64,000 bases of DNA from a virus (Duplodnaviria > Caudoviricetes): positions 23,425 through 87,424 of the IMG/VR virus record IMGVR_UViG_2811995317_000003. The stretch is one strand, 5' to 3'. Position 1 is the first letter of the stretch; the number at the start of each line of letters is the position of its first letter. Made by a program: the position numbers and the translations under genes. The notes beneath the pieces are model-generated. The model was not told the origin of the DNA. It did not search any database and was given only the letters and a program-made list of their open reading frames with translations. Positions 45,174-55,668 of the stretch are shown piece by piece.

Positions 45174-46198
45174 TGCCTCAACTGACTCAGGCTGATTTCG
45201 CTGCCTTTAAAGCGGAAGCCGAATCTCGCGGCATTTACCTGCCTGCATCGGTAACTAAGTTAGCAATGGATGCCGACCCTCAGCCGGGTCTTGGCGCAAA
45301 CGGCGGTATTCCTGCTGTAGTATCAACCTTCATCGACCCTGAAATCGTGCGCACCATCTTCGCTAAGCAGAAAGCGACTGAGATTCTGGGTGAGAAGAAA
45401 AAAGGCTCATGGGCTCAAGACACCATGATGATCCAGCGCGTTGAGCAATCCGGTGACGTTGTGGCGTATGACGACTACAGCGAACAGGGCGCGAACCAGG
45501 TAACTTCCCGTTGGGAAAACCGTCAGGTGTTCCGCTACCAGACCATGGTTACCTATGGTGAACTGGAGCAGGAACGTTATGGCCTGGCTATGCTGCCATA
45601 CGTCGCAGAGAAACAACGTGCTGCAGCGTGGACTCTGAACCAGGCGCAGAACAAGTTCTACTTCTACGGCGTTTCCGGCCTGCTGAACTACGGCATCCTG
45701 AACGACCCATCACTGCCGACTCCGATCACCCCGGCAACTGTTGGCGGCGTGACCCTGTGGAAAGACAAACAGGTTATCGACATCTACAACGATATCCTGG
45801 CGCTGTACGAAGACCTTATCACCCGTACAAATGGTGCAGTGGGTGATGGTGTTGATATGGCCTCACCTCTGGTTCTGGCGATGTCTCCTAAGACTTCCGT
45901 TTGGTTCAAAAAATCAAACGAAATCTTCGGTAACTCCGTTGAGAAGATGGTCAAAGACACCTTCACCAATATCCGCATCGAAGTTGCTCCTCAGTACAGC
46001 ACTGATGCCGGTGAACTGGTACAGATGTTTGTTGAGACCGCCCAAGGTCAGGATGCTGGTTACTGCGCATATAGCGAAAAACTGCGTGCTCACCCGGTCA
46101 TCACCATGACTTCAAGCTGGAAACAGAAACACTCCGGCACCACCTATGGAGCGGTTATTACTCAGCCGTTTCTGTTCGCTCAGCTTCTGGGGGTTTAA
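45173..46198 (+). CDS. Major capsid protein (DUF2184-type)
   Basis: YGLLNDP-type motif YGILNDPSL; size and position. Confidence 0.8.
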   Translation: MPQLTQADFAAFKAEAESRGIYLPASVTKLAMDADPQPGLGANGGIPAVVSTFIDPEIVRTIFAKQKATEILGEKKKGSWAQDTMMIQRVEQSGDVVAYDDYSEQGANQVTSRWENRQVFRYQTMVTYGELEQERYGLAMLPYVAEKQRAAAWTLNQAQNKFYFYGVSGLLNYGILNDPSLPTPITPATVGGVTLWKDKQVIDIYNDILALYEDLITRTNGAVGDGVDMASPLVLAMSPKTSVWFKKSNEIFGNSVEKMVKDTFTNIRIEVAPQYSTDAGELVQMFVETAQGQDAGYCAYSEKLRAHPVITMTSSWKQKHSGTTYGAVITQPFLFAQLLGV

Positions 46199-46201
46199 TC
46201 G

Positions 46202-46528
46202 ATGGCCAAGCCTTCAACCTACGTTATCGGTTGCAAACTTCCAAACGGCCTGTCATTCCGTCACGGTGATCAGAAGATCACCCTGGCGGGAGCCAACTCC
46301 TCTCAGCTTGTAAACGGATTCGGCCTGACAAAAGGCGTTCCTGCTGAAGCATGGGAATCTTTCGAGAAGAATCACAAAGACGCGCCATTCATTCGCAATG
46401 GCATCGTCTTTGCTGTTACTGATGAGAAATCAGCAGCAGATGCTTCTCTGGAGCGCTCACGCCAGAAAACAGGCCTTGAGCAGGTTAACGCTAAAGACGC
46501 AGGCGTAGAGGAAGACAAAGAGGAATAA
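46202..46528 (+). CDS. Head-associated hypothetical protein
   Basis: GCKLPNGL and TGLEQ motifs; follows capsid gene. Confidence 0.65.
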   Translation: MAKPSTYVIGCKLPNGLSFRHGDQKITLAGANSSQLVNGFGLTKGVPAEAWESFEKNHKDAPFIRNGIVFAVTDEKSAADASLERSRQKTGLEQVNAKDAGVEEDKEE

Positions 46529-46531
46529 ACC

Positions 46532-46936
46532 ATGGCTGTCGTGACTCTGGATATTGCCAGTTTCCGCGCCATGTACCCTGAATTCTCCAACGTTCCAGAT
46601 GCAATCCTTCCATTCCTGTTTGACCAGTCCACTGACTATCTGAATAACACCGATTACTCACTCGTCGATAACGTCGTGAAGCGAGAGCGCTTGCTCTACA
46701 TGCTCATGGCGCATCTGGCGTATGTGCGTTACGGCGACAATCGAGGTCGTGGTGGCTCAGGAATGGTAGGACGCATTGCATCGGCTACAGAGGGCAGTGT
46801 GTCAGTTTCATCTGACCTCGGCCCTATTGAGTTCAGGTATGCGTGGTATACGCAGAGCCCATATGGCTTGGACTTCTGGCAGGCGACGAAAGTCTACCGG
46901 ATGGCTAATTACTATCCTGGAGATAACTATGTCTGA
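46532..46936 (+). CDS. Head-tail adaptor (DUF4054-type)
   Basis: FRAMYPEF, GR..SATEGSVSVS and QSPYG. Confidence 0.8.
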   Translation: MAVVTLDIASFRAMYPEFSNVPDAILPFLFDQSTDYLNNTDYSLVDNVVKRERLLYMLMAHLAYVRYGDNRGRGGSGMVGRIASATEGSVSVSSDLGPIEFRYAWYTQSPYGLDFWQATKVYRMANYYPGDNYV

Positions 46937-47375
46937 CGGCCTCGATAAGTACCTGGAAGGAATGGCTGAGCGACTCAATGCCACTGAGGTAAGAGCCGGC
47001 TTTCTCGGCGGCTCTACCTATCCAGACGGAACCAGCGTCGCGATGGTTGCCACTCGTAACGAGTACGGTGACCCGGCAAACAATCAGCCCCCACGCCCAT
47101 TCTTCCGCAATGCAATCGCAGACAAACAGGAAGAGTGGAAGAAGACGATTGAGCGCGGACTTGCTTCAGGTCTTGATTCCAGAACGGTGCTTGAGGTCGT
47201 CGGCGCTCAAGTAAAGGGTGATATTCAGGAGTCGATTGCCACGCTCATTGAGCCTGCGCTCTCCGAGGTCACGCTTGAGCGACGCAGAAACAGGAAAGTA
47301 ATGCCTAACCAGTCAGATAAGCCTCTCGTCGACACCAGGGTGATGATTGGCGATGTTAACTACGAGGTTACCTGA
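46929..47375 (+). CDS. Neck/tail-completion protein
   Basis: NEYG...PPRPFFR and KPLVDT; start at 46929. Confidence 0.65.
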   Translation: MSDGLDKYLEGMAERLNATEVRAGFLGGSTYPDGTSVAMVATRNEYGDPANNQPPRPFFRNAIADKQEEWKKTIERGLASGLDSRTVLEVVGAQVKGDIQESIATLIEPALSEVTLERRRNRKVMPNQSDKPLVDTRVMIGDVNYEVT

Positions 47376-47743
47376 TGAACCTGCATCAAATAGTTCGCGG
47401 GGCGATCACAACGGTTAACCCTGACGTTCCCGGCGTGCTGAAAGTGAATAGCGGATTCACAACTGCGCCAGGCGGTAAGCGCGAGCAGTCATACACCGAT
47501 GTGGATGTGATTGTGCAGATGCAGTCCCTGTCATCCACCGACCTGAAGCAGGTTGATGCGATCAACGTTCAGGGGATTCTGCAAAGCGCATATCTGAATG
47601 GAAACTTCAATGGTATTAACCGCCCAGAGCAACAGGGTGGAGACATGCTGATTGTTGATGGAAAGACATGGCTGGTAGTGAAAGTAGCAGAGCTTTATCC
47701 GGACTGGTGTCACCTGATTGTTAACCTGCAGAGGTCGCCATGA
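47375..47743 (+). CDS. Head closure protein
   Basis: Neck module position, coupled overlap. Confidence 0.6.
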   Translation: MNLHQIVRGAITTVNPDVPGVLKVNSGFTTAPGGKREQSYTDVDVIVQMQSLSSTDLKQVDAINVQGILQSAYLNGNFNGINRPEQQGGDMLIVDGKTWLVVKVAELYPDWCHLIVNLQRSP

Positions 47744-48288
47744 CAGCCACAGTAGATATCACCGAGCTTGACCTGCGCATAGCTCTGCAGGCGTTTTTGA
47801 TGGATATCACCGGCCTCACCATCGACAACGTGCTGGTAGGTCAGCAGAACCTTACGCCAATGCCGCTTCATGACTTCATTATCATGACTCCTCTGAAACA
47901 GATAGGCCTGTCAACAAACCGAGTCAAATACGACGACAACGGCGTGTATGGCGAAGGTAAGCAGCTCAACCAGCGCAGCACCCAATGGCCTTGCCAGATT
48001 GACTGTTACGGCGAGAACGCGGCGGATAACGCTGCAATCATCGGCACGCTAATCCGCTCAGACTTTGCCTGTGAATGGTTCCGACAAAATGGCAATGTCA
48101 TTACCCCTCTTTACTGCTCAGACCCTCATCAGACGACGATGATAAACGGCGAGCAACAATACGAAGGCCGCTGGACGATGGAATTCATCGGGCAATTCAA
48201 CCCGTCTGTTACCACGCGTCAGGACTTCATGGACAGCATTACAGTCGGCGTTATTGCCGCAGATTTAAAATACCCTCCGGAGAGTTAA
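47740..48288 (+). CDS. Tail terminator protein
   Basis: QIDCYG motif; precedes sheath gene. Confidence 0.6.
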   Translation: MTATVDITELDLRIALQAFLMDITGLTIDNVLVGQQNLTPMPLHDFIIMTPLKQIGLSTNRVKYDDNGVYGEGKQLNQRSTQWPCQIDCYGENAADNAAIIGTLIRSDFACEWFRQNGNVITPLYCSDPHQTTMINGEQQYEGRWTMEFIGQFNPSVTTRQDFMDSITVGVIAADLKYPPES

Positions 48289-48291
48289 TAA

Positions 48292-49770
48292 ATGGCAATC
48301 CCATTAAGAAAGGACGTCCAGATTAACCCTGGCGTTTTGCCTGCTGGCGGTTCAGCGCTTGACTTGAATGGCCTCATCCTTACCGACAGCGCTTATGCTC
48401 CGGTGGGGAGTGTTATCACGTTCACGAACAAAGAAGACGTAGCGGCCTATTTTGGCAGTACTTCTGCTGAATACAGCATGGCTGAAGTGTATTTTCAGGG
48501 CTACGACAATTCCACCAAGACCCCTGGCGCATTGCTGTTTGCACGGTTCAACCCGGAAGCAGCGGCAGCATGGTTGCGCTCAGGCTCTATGGCGGCCGTA
48601 ACGTTAGACCAGCTCAAATTGCTGAGTGGTGTGCTGACACTGACCGTTGACGGAACTGCGCACACATCAGCCAGTATCGACCTGAGCACGGCAACAAGCT
48701 TTGCTATGGCTGCTGACCTGATTGAAACAGGTATCGGCTCCAGCGTAACGGTAGAATACGATACAACGCAGAAGCGCTTCATCATCACCAGCGCGACTGA
48801 TGGCGCGGCGAGCACTATTACCTACGCAACCGGTACTTTGTCTGCTGGCCTGAAACTGACAGCCGCAACTGGCGCTCAGTTGTCACAGGGCGCAGATGCA
48901 GCAGTAGTCACCACGGCGATGCAATCAGTGCTTGACAGCTCTCAGAACTGGGCAATCTTCACTACATCCTTCACGCCGACCGAACAAGAGGCGCTGGACT
49001 TCTCGGCCTGGGTTAACGGTCAGAATTACCGGTTCGGCTACGTGCCATTCACGCTGGAAGAATCCGCGCTGGTATCTGGCTCAACTGATACTCTGGCGTA
49101 CAAAATCATCAGCACATACGACTATTCCAACGTCGTACCGGTGTTCGGTGACCAGACTCACGCAGCGAGCGTAATCGGCTATGCAGCATCTCTTGACTTC
49201 GACCGTCAGGAAGGACGCGTGCCATTCAAGTTCCGCTCACTCGGCGGACTGCTGCCAGAAGTAACCACGTCAGCAAATTACGATGCGCTGATTGCCAACG
49301 GCTACAACTTCTACGGCGCGTACACGGCGAATAACTACGATACCCGCTACTGGGCTGATGGCACCATTACAGCTGACTTCAAGTGGTTTGACTCCTTCTG
49401 CTTCCAGATTTGGCTGAATGCCAACCTGATGCAGGATGCTATCGAGCTGTTCCAGTCTAACCGCAGCATTCCATACAACGCACGCGGCAAGGCAATCATC
49501 GAGGCGTCATTCTCCGATACGCTGAATCAGGGCATCACCTTCGGAGGTATCCGCACCGGTGTAACACTGTCCAGCTCTCAGATTTCCGAGATTCAGAACG
49601 CGGTAGGTGCTGACATCTCCCCATCGCTGATTGCCAAGGGTTATTACCTGTATATAGCAGATGCCACTCCTACGCAGCGTCAGGAGCGCACAAGCCCTAG
49701 CATGACCCTGTGGTACTGCGACGGTGGTTGCGTACAGAAAATCACTCTTGCAAGCATAGAGGTGCAATAA
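48292..49770 (+). CDS. Tail sheath protein (DUF3383-type, long form)
   Basis: [19 protein letters not shown] and WYCDGG. Confidence 0.82.
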   Translation: MAIPLRKDVQINPGVLPAGGSALDLNGLILTDSAYAPVGSVITFTNKEDVAAYFGSTSAEYSMAEVYFQGYDNSTKTPGALLFARFNPEAAAAWLRSGSMAAVTLDQLKLLSGVLTLTVDGTAHTSASIDLSTATSFAMAADLIETGIGSSVTVEYDTTQKRFIITSATDGAASTITYATGTLSAGLKLTAATGAQLSQGADAAVVTTAMQSVLDSSQNWAIFTTSFTPTEQEALDFSAWVNGQNYRFGYVPFTLEESALVSGSTDTLAYKIISTYDYSNVVPVFGDQTHAASVIGYAASLDFDRQEGRVPFKFRSLGGLLPEVTTSANYDALIANGYNFYGAYTANNYDTRYWADGTITADFKWFDSFCFQIWLNANLMQDAIELFQSNRSIPYNARGKAIIEASFSDTLNQGITFGGIRTGVTLSSSQISEIQNAVGADISPSLIAKGYYLYIADATPTQRQERTSPSMTLWYCDGGCVQKITLASIEVQ

Positions 49771-50211
49771 ATGTCCAACACTATTACAAGCGCTGATTCA
49801 ATCTTTGCCCTCACTGTTACCAACCTATTCCCTAGCGCTCAAACGCTGGAGGGATACGCAGCGGACGCGATGTTTGCTCTGGGTGATACAGAAATGGCGG
49901 TTTCCGTCCGTGGCGCTGACGGCAAGCTCTCTGGCGGGTTTGTTTTCGGTGAGTATCTGCAGACGATCACTATCATGCCGGACAGCCCATCTCGTGACCT
50001 GTTCGAGACCTGGCAACTGACGTCACTGACCTCGAAGGCGGTATTCCGCTGCAACGCAACAATCATCCTCCCGGCGATTAGTCGTAAGTTCACGCTGACC
50101 AACGGAATTCTGCAACGCGTAAAAGCCATCCCTGATGCGCAGCGCGTACTGCAGGCAATGACATTCCAAATCAATTGGGAATCAGTCGTGGGCGAAGCGT
50201 ACAACGCATAA
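49771..50211 (+). CDS. Tail tube protein
   Basis: Follows sheath; RGADGKLSGG, ITIMPDSPS. Confidence 0.75.
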   Translation: MSNTITSADSIFALTVTNLFPSAQTLEGYAADAMFALGDTEMAVSVRGADGKLSGGFVFGEYLQTITIMPDSPSRDLFETWQLTSLTSKAVFRCNATIILPAISRKFTLTNGILQRVKAIPDAQRVLQAMTFQINWESVVGEAYNA

Positions 50212-50219
50212 GGACTAAC

Positions 50220-50624
50220 ATGGCACGCAAAGAGATTTTCTACACCGTCGAAGATAAAGGCCGTGACAATGGGAAGATGTTTTACATTCGCGAAATGTCA
50301 GCTTCTCAGGCTGAGTGGTGGGCAATTCGCGCCGGACTGGCAATGGCTAAAAACGGCGTTAATCTTCCGGATAACTTTTCAGATATGGGTATGGCAGGCA
50401 TGGCGAAAGTCGGCCTCGAAATGGTGGCTAAAATCCCTCCAGAGGATGCACGGCCTCTCCTGGACGAGCTTATGAAATGCGTTCAGGCAGTGCCAAACCC
50501 GGCAGATCAAAACATCAAGCGACCACTGATTGATGATGACACTGAAGAAGTTATGACTCGCCTGAAACTTCGCGGTGAAGTCTTTAAGCTGCATGTCGAT
50601 TTTTTGACCGCCGCCGCCAGTTAG
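50220..50624 (+). CDS. Tail assembly chaperone G
   Basis: RBS AAGGA, start 50220; ends at a T TTT TTG slippery site. Confidence 0.75.
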   Translation: MARKEIFYTVEDKGRDNGKMFYIREMSASQAEWWAIRAGLAMAKNGVNLPDNFSDMGMAGMAKVGLEMVAKIPPEDARPLLDELMKCVQAVPNPADQNIKRPLIDDDTEEVMTRLKLRGEVFKLHVDFLTAAAS

Positions 50625-50836
50625 ACATCCCTCCGGTAATGGGTCAGCAGATTGCTGGCCTTACCGACTATGCCAACGTACCTAAAACAATAGCGACGGT
50701 CCTTTCATCGGGTAAATGCTCGTTGACAGAGCTAAGCACAACGCTTGGCGTAGAGGATTTATGGTGGTGGCTTGAGATAATCACAGTCGACAATTACAAC
50801 CAAATGGTCATCAACAGGGCTCAGGAGAATGGCTGA
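50220..50836 (+). CDS. Tail assembly chaperone GT via -1 frameshift at 50600-50606
   Basis: The -1 frame is open from the slippery site through ORF 50639-50836 to the tape measure start. Confidence 0.7.
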
Positions 50837-52605
50837 TGCCAACGATTATTGACTCACTGGTAGTCACTCTTGGTCTTGACTCTTCCGGATTCAAGAAAGG
50901 CCAGACAGAAGTAAAAAAAGGCCTGGACGATACCAGAAAGAATGCTGACCAGACAGCTAAAGACATGGAGGCCGCAGGTAAAAGGGCGGCCTCATTTTTT
51001 GGTTCAATCCGCACTGAATTACTTGCCCTGGTAGGGATCACGCTATCCGCTCAAGGCATCAAGACCTTCATCACAGGTATGACTTCAGACCTGATGAGGT
51101 TGGGCATTGAATCTCGCGCTCTGGATATCTCCGCAAAGTCTCTTGATGGCTGGGAGAGAGCTGCTGCTGCTGCCGGGTCAACCGCCGATAAAATGGCGGG
51201 TACACTTGGTAATTTCCAGAAGACGCTTACCAATATCCGGACCGGTGGTGGGCAGGATGATCCGCTATTCGGTGCGCTGGCATCATTCGCCGGGGCTACT
51301 GGCGCTAACTTCGATTATCAGAATGATAACTCCGAAAAGATAATGCGCAAAATTGCCGGTAACTGGGGCAAGTTAAGCAAAGATGCGCAGCGTCGATTTG
51401 GCGGGATGTTTGGGTTTGATAATGCCACGCAGCAGGGATTATCAAATGGCTCTCTTGTGCAGGATGCTGACCGGTTCGCCAAGATATCCAAAGCTACCGA
51501 TGAGGCAACCAAGAAGGCGCTGGAGTTTAACCGCCGCCTTGAGGAGATGAAGCAAAACTTCTCTGCCGCAGCACAGGTTCTTTATGAGGCATTAATCCCT
51601 TACGTTGAAAAGCTCGTTCCCCTTATTGAGAAGTTTGGTATATGGATTAGCACTCACGGCCCTGAAATTAGCAAATTCTTCTCAGATACGGCAGATGAAA
51701 TCAACAAGGTAGTTGACGCTGTTGGTGGGTGGGAGAGCGCCCTAAAAATCCTGCTGGCTTATGTTGCCGGGAGTTGGGCTTTAGGAATGATCGGCGCGGT
51801 GGCAAAGGTTGCAAAATCATTTGGCCCCCTATTGGTTGCAATGGCGGCAGTTAGCGCATGGGACAAGCTCGGCAATGCAGATGAGGAAGCCAAAAAGCAG
51901 AACATGAGCACCGGCGAGTATCTTGTAAAAAAAATGCAAGATAATGACGCCGAGAAAGACTCTCCAAAAAACAGATTCTTAAAATGGTGGGGTAGCTTAA
52001 AGTCTGTTGATAACACGTATGATGCATATGGAGCAATGCCCCGCGGCATCCGCAATAATAATCCGGGCAACCTGAACTATGCCGGGCAAGTTGGCGCGAC
52101 AATGGAGGGTGGTGAAGGTGGTCGATTTGCGGTGTTTGAGTCAATGCAGCACGGTGTTGCGGCGCTTTACAAGCAATTGCAGCTGTACTTCAATCGCGGC
52201 ATCAACACCCTATCCTCAATAGTCAAAACCTACGCCCCTGCCTCGGACAATAACAACGTCGATGCTTATATTTCTGCGCTCACCAAAGCGACAGGAAAAG
52301 GCGCTAACGAGGTTCTGGATTCAGGTGACACAGCGACGATTGCCAGACTAATGAAGGGCATTGTCGACCATGAGAACGGTAAGGGATACATCAGCTCATC
52401 TGACATCATGGGCGGCATTCAGTTAGGTGCGGGTTCATCTGCATCTCGCAACATGCAAGCGGCGGCCGGAAGCCAGACTAACATCAACATCGGCAAAATC
52501 GACATGCAGACATCGGCAGGTAACGCCAATGCTCTGGGTGCTGATATCCAGAGAAACCTTCAGAGAAACCGCCTGGTGAATCCAGCGATGTCAGGGCAGG
52601 GATAA
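50836..52605 (+). CDS. Tape measure protein with a putative muralytic domain
   Basis: IIDSLVVTLGLD N-terminus; RGIRNNNPGNL lysozyme-like motif. Confidence 0.82.
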   Translation: MPTIIDSLVVTLGLDSSGFKKGQTEVKKGLDDTRKNADQTAKDMEAAGKRAASFFGSIRTELLALVGITLSAQGIKTFITGMTSDLMRLGIESRALDISAKSLDGWERAAAAAGSTADKMAGTLGNFQKTLTNIRTGGGQDDPLFGALASFAGATGANFDYQNDNSEKIMRKIAGNWGKLSKDAQRRFGGMFGFDNATQQGLSNGSLVQDADRFAKISKATDEATKKALEFNRRLEEMKQNFSAAAQVLYEALIPYVEKLVPLIEKFGIWISTHGPEISKFFSDTADEINKVVDAVGGWESALKILLAYVAGSWALGMIGAVAKVAKSFGPLLVAMAAVSAWDKLGNADEEAKKQNMSTGEYLVKKMQDNDAEKDSPKNRFLKWWGSLKSVDNTYDAYGAMPRGIRNNNPGNLNYAGQVGATMEGGEGGRFAVFESMQHGVAALYKQLQLYFNRGINTLSSIVKTYAPASDNNNVDAYISALTKATGKGANEVLDSGDTATIARLMKGIVDHENGKGYISSSDIMGGIQLGAGSSASRNMQAAAGSQTNINIGKIDMQTSAGNANALGADIQRNLQRNRLVNPAMSGQG

Positions 52606-52606
52606 T

Positions 52607-53410
52607 ATGGCCTTTTCACTGAACGAAACAACGCTACTCAGCGCGATAAACAGCGGCAATATCTTCTCCATAATCAACAGTACCCTTTCGCCTGGTTACG
52701 GGATTTACCTGAAATCAGGCTTAAGGGCATTGTCTCCGTCTTCGTTCCTTGGGATTGAGTATGGGGCTGATGCTTCAGTGGTATCAGCTCCAATTGAGCA
52801 GGCTTCTTACAGCAGCTTTAACAAGGTAAAACGTCCGCCAATTATCCGGGTGCTGTTTACCCTGGAGGGATGGACGGGATTTAGCGGTAGCATTCCCAAC
52901 CTGACCAACTTCACGCTGACGAGTCGCTCAGACATGCTGGCAGCCCTTGATTCGATGGTTGCTGACGCTCAGGTGTACGACATTGAAACGCCTGACACCA
53001 CCTACGAAGATTACGATCTGGTTCGATACAATTACCGGACATCAGATCGCGATGTGACCCTTCTGACGGTGGAAGCAATATTTCAGGCTGTTTTGCAGGA
53101 GGCTGAAGTTACCCTGACAAGCACAACAGCCAATAGCAATACCACATCAAACGGAACAAGCAAGGCAGCCAGCGTCGTAACGGAGAAGGCTAACTCAACG
53201 GCGACAAACTCCACTCTTGAGGATGTCAAAGGCGCACTAACTGGCCTGAAAGAGTCGATATCCAGTGCTGCAACAACAGTAGCCACATCCGTCACAAATG
53301 CCGTCAGCAATGCAACATCAGGCGCGACAAGTGCCATTAATGGAGCGGCAACGTCGGCTATCAAAAACCTTGCGACAACGGTGGATGAACTGGTAGCGGG
53401 GTTATCCTGA
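52607..53410 (+). CDS. Baseplate/tube initiator with Ser/Thr-rich tail
   Basis: APIEQ.SY.S.NKV motif; position. Confidence 0.6.
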   Translation: MAFSLNETTLLSAINSGNIFSIINSTLSPGYGIYLKSGLRALSPSSFLGIEYGADASVVSAPIEQASYSSFNKVKRPPIIRVLFTLEGWTGFSGSIPNLTNFTLTSRSDMLAALDSMVADAQVYDIETPDTTYEDYDLVRYNYRTSDRDVTLLTVEAIFQAVLQEAEVTLTSTTANSNTTSNGTSKAASVVTEKANSTATNSTLEDVKGALTGLKESISSAATTVATSVTNAVSNATSGATSAINGAATSAIKNLATTVDELVAGLS

Positions 53411-53715
53411 TGCAGAACATTTCTCTCAAGCCACTCAAGGCTCAGGAAGTCAGCGTTAACCTTGATGGTCAGTCAGTCACCCTGCGCATCGTACAGCGCT
53501 CCACAGGGCTGTTTATCGACGTTGGTCTGGATAATTTGTGGATAGCGCAAGGCGTGCTTTGCCATAACTGCAACAAGATAGTCCGCTACCCATACCTGGG
53601 CTTCAAAGGTGAGCTTTTCTTCGCTGATACAAAAGGAAGTCTTGACCCTGTTTATGACGAGCTTGGGACGCGATTTAAGTTGTTCTACGCGACAGCAGAA
53701 GAGATGGCAGCATGA
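53410..53715 (+). CDS. Small baseplate protein
   Basis: Gene order; GFKGELFF.DT.G. Confidence 0.6.
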   Translation: MQNISLKPLKAQEVSVNLDGQSVTLRIVQRSTGLFIDVGLDNLWIAQGVLCHNCNKIVRYPYLGFKGELFFADTKGSLDPVYDELGTRFKLFYATAEEMAA

Positions 53716-54566
53716 CCTATAAAAAGAGAACACTGAAATTTCAGTTCACCCTTAGTGAAGGGGCTTTTGATGAGTCGGGAAATAACATCCTGACTATTGA
53801 CAATATCAAAGCAGAGGTTGAAATCGGTGCTTATGGCGGCATTTCTGGAACAAGTCTTGAGGCAAGGATATTTGGCCTTAGCCTGGAGCATATAGCATTG
53901 CTCAGCTACAAAGGAATCCAGCTGAATGGGGCTAAACAGAACATGGTTAAGGTTTGGGCGGATGACCGGCCTTTATTCTTTGGTTCCATAACGGGTAGCT
54001 TTGCCGATTTAAACCAGATGCCTGATGCCCCGCTTATCATTAGCGCCTTTTCAACCGGATTTGACCAGTCGATAGTCAGCCCTCCCTTCTCTAAAGAAGG
54101 GATTGCCAGCGTTGCTGAAATCATTACAACGATTGCTGCTGGAATAGGCTACACCGTCATAAATAACGGTGTGAATTTGAAGGTGGAAAACCCGTATTTT
54201 GTTGGAAATCCGATAGCTCAAATTCAGCAGTGCGTTGAACTGGCAGGAATCGAAGCAGACTTCCGCCTTGGTGCAATATATATTTGGCCGAGAAATGGAA
54301 GTGTGGACGACCAAATACCATTCATATCCCCTCAGACAGGCCTGATTGGATATCCGGTATTTACGAAGATAGGAATTAATTTTCAATGCCAATATAGCGA
54401 TCTGATTATTCGCGGACGGAAAATTCAACTAGAGACATCACTTCCAAATGGGAGTGGCATCTACACAGTCCAATCAGCGACCCATCATCTTTCAACGTGG
54501 ATGGAAGGCGGACCATGGACAACAATGGTCTGGTCTTCTATAGGTCAGTTGACGGAGAGGCAGTAA
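53712..54566 (+). CDS. Baseplate hub protein
   Basis: TGLIGYP motif; AT-richer than flanks. Confidence 0.65.
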   Translation: MTYKKRTLKFQFTLSEGAFDESGNNILTIDNIKAEVEIGAYGGISGTSLEARIFGLSLEHIALLSYKGIQLNGAKQNMVKVWADDRPLFFGSITGSFADLNQMPDAPLIISAFSTGFDQSIVSPPFSKEGIASVAEIITTIAAGIGYTVINNGVNLKVENPYFVGNPIAQIQQCVELAGIEADFRLGAIYIWPRNGSVDDQIPFISPQTGLIGYPVFTKIGINFQCQYSDLIIRGRKIQLETSLPNGSGIYTVQSATHHLSTWMEGGPWTTMVWSSIGQLTERQ

Positions 54567-55267
54567 TGAATTTATTTACTTCGACTCCTCAAGACACGAC
54601 TACTGAGACGAACGCTCAGCAATTTCTGATGCGTCAATTCCTCATGGGAAAAGCGTTTATTACCCTTGCTATGGTTACATCAGTAAGTGACTCAGGGGAG
54701 GTTGTGTCAGTAAAACCAATGGTTGAGGGATTTACTGGAGGCGGAGACCTAATCCCAAACTCAGTGATTCATGGCGTTCCGGTCTGGAGACTGCAGCGTG
54801 GTGCCAGTGCGGTGATAATGCCACCAGTCGAAGGGGATATTGGTATGATTGCCATTTGCGATCGCGACATCACAGCCGTTAAGAAGACAAAACAATCCGC
54901 ATTACCAGGGTCAAATCGCACGCACAGCTATTCTGACGCCATCTACCTTGGTGGGGTGCTGAACTCAGAGCCAAGCCAGTATGTGAAGTTCGCAAATGAC
55001 GGGATAGATATTGTCTCGCCTCTGGTTGTCCAGGTTAATGGAAATACTGTCATTGTTAATGCCGACGATAAAATCTCGCTCAATGCCCCAATTATTGAGG
55101 CAAACGGCCAGCTTACTCAGGGCTCTGGTAGCTTCGGTGGTGACGCGACATTTGGTGGAAATATTACTGCTACCGGAGAAGTCACAGGAAACGGCATCCA
55201 TCTGAGTACGCATAAACATGGTGGCGTGGAAACTGGCGGAGGCCAGACAAGCACACCGACAAACTAA
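54566..55267 (+). CDS. Baseplate central spike (Gp138-type)
   Basis: GVPVWRLQ.G, GDIG.IAICDRDI and HKHGGV; start 54566. Confidence 0.8.
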   Translation: MNLFTSTPQDTTTETNAQQFLMRQFLMGKAFITLAMVTSVSDSGEVVSVKPMVEGFTGGGDLIPNSVIHGVPVWRLQRGASAVIMPPVEGDIGMIAICDRDITAVKKTKQSALPGSNRTHSYSDAIYLGGVLNSEPSQYVKFANDGIDIVSPLVVQVNGNTVIVNADDKISLNAPIIEANGQLTQGSGSFGGDATFGGNITATGEVTGNGIHLSTHKHGGVETGGGQTSTPTN

Positions 55268-55287
55268 CCCGCTTCGGCGGGTTTTTT
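55266..55287 (+). terminator. Intrinsic terminator
   Basis: AACCCGC-TTCG-GCGGGTT plus T-run. Confidence 0.85.
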
Positions 55288-55303
55288 ATTGCCCGGAGTT
55301 TAC

Positions 55304-55660
55304 ATGCTCACCAAATCACTGCTTTTGACAGACCAGTGGGATATCACCCTGGACGACACCGGAAGCATGGCTATTACTGCCAACCCATACGCAGTAGCAC
55401 AGGACGTAGCGTGCGCGTGCTCAACATTCCTCGGTGAAGCCTGGTATGACACCACGCTAGGGATTCCGTATTACGAGCGCATTCTCGGTCACTGGCCTGG
55501 CACTCAGCTCATCAATACCAAGATGGCAACCGAGGCCAAAAAGCTCCCATATGTTCAGTCAGCATTCTGCACCACAACGGTTGGCAAAGCAGATCGCCTT
55601 GCATCCGGCGTGATGACCATAACCGACACAAACAACGTTCAGACCACAATCCAATTCTGA
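55304..55660 (+). CDS. Baseplate wedge/sheath initiator
   Basis: GE.WYDTT.GIPY; start 55304. Confidence 0.65.
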   Translation: MLTKSLLLTDQWDITLDDTGSMAITANPYAVAQDVACACSTFLGEAWYDTTLGIPYYERILGHWPGTQLINTKMATEAKKLPYVQSAFCTTTVGKADRLASGVMTITDTNNVQTTIQF

Positions 55661-55668
55661 GGTAACAA

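Noticed and set aside
12927-55287. Identical AACCCGCTTCGGCGGGTTTTTT in both prophages as a sign of recent exchange
   Set aside because: It is a very common UUCG terminator and lies on opposite sides of the spike gene in the two phages
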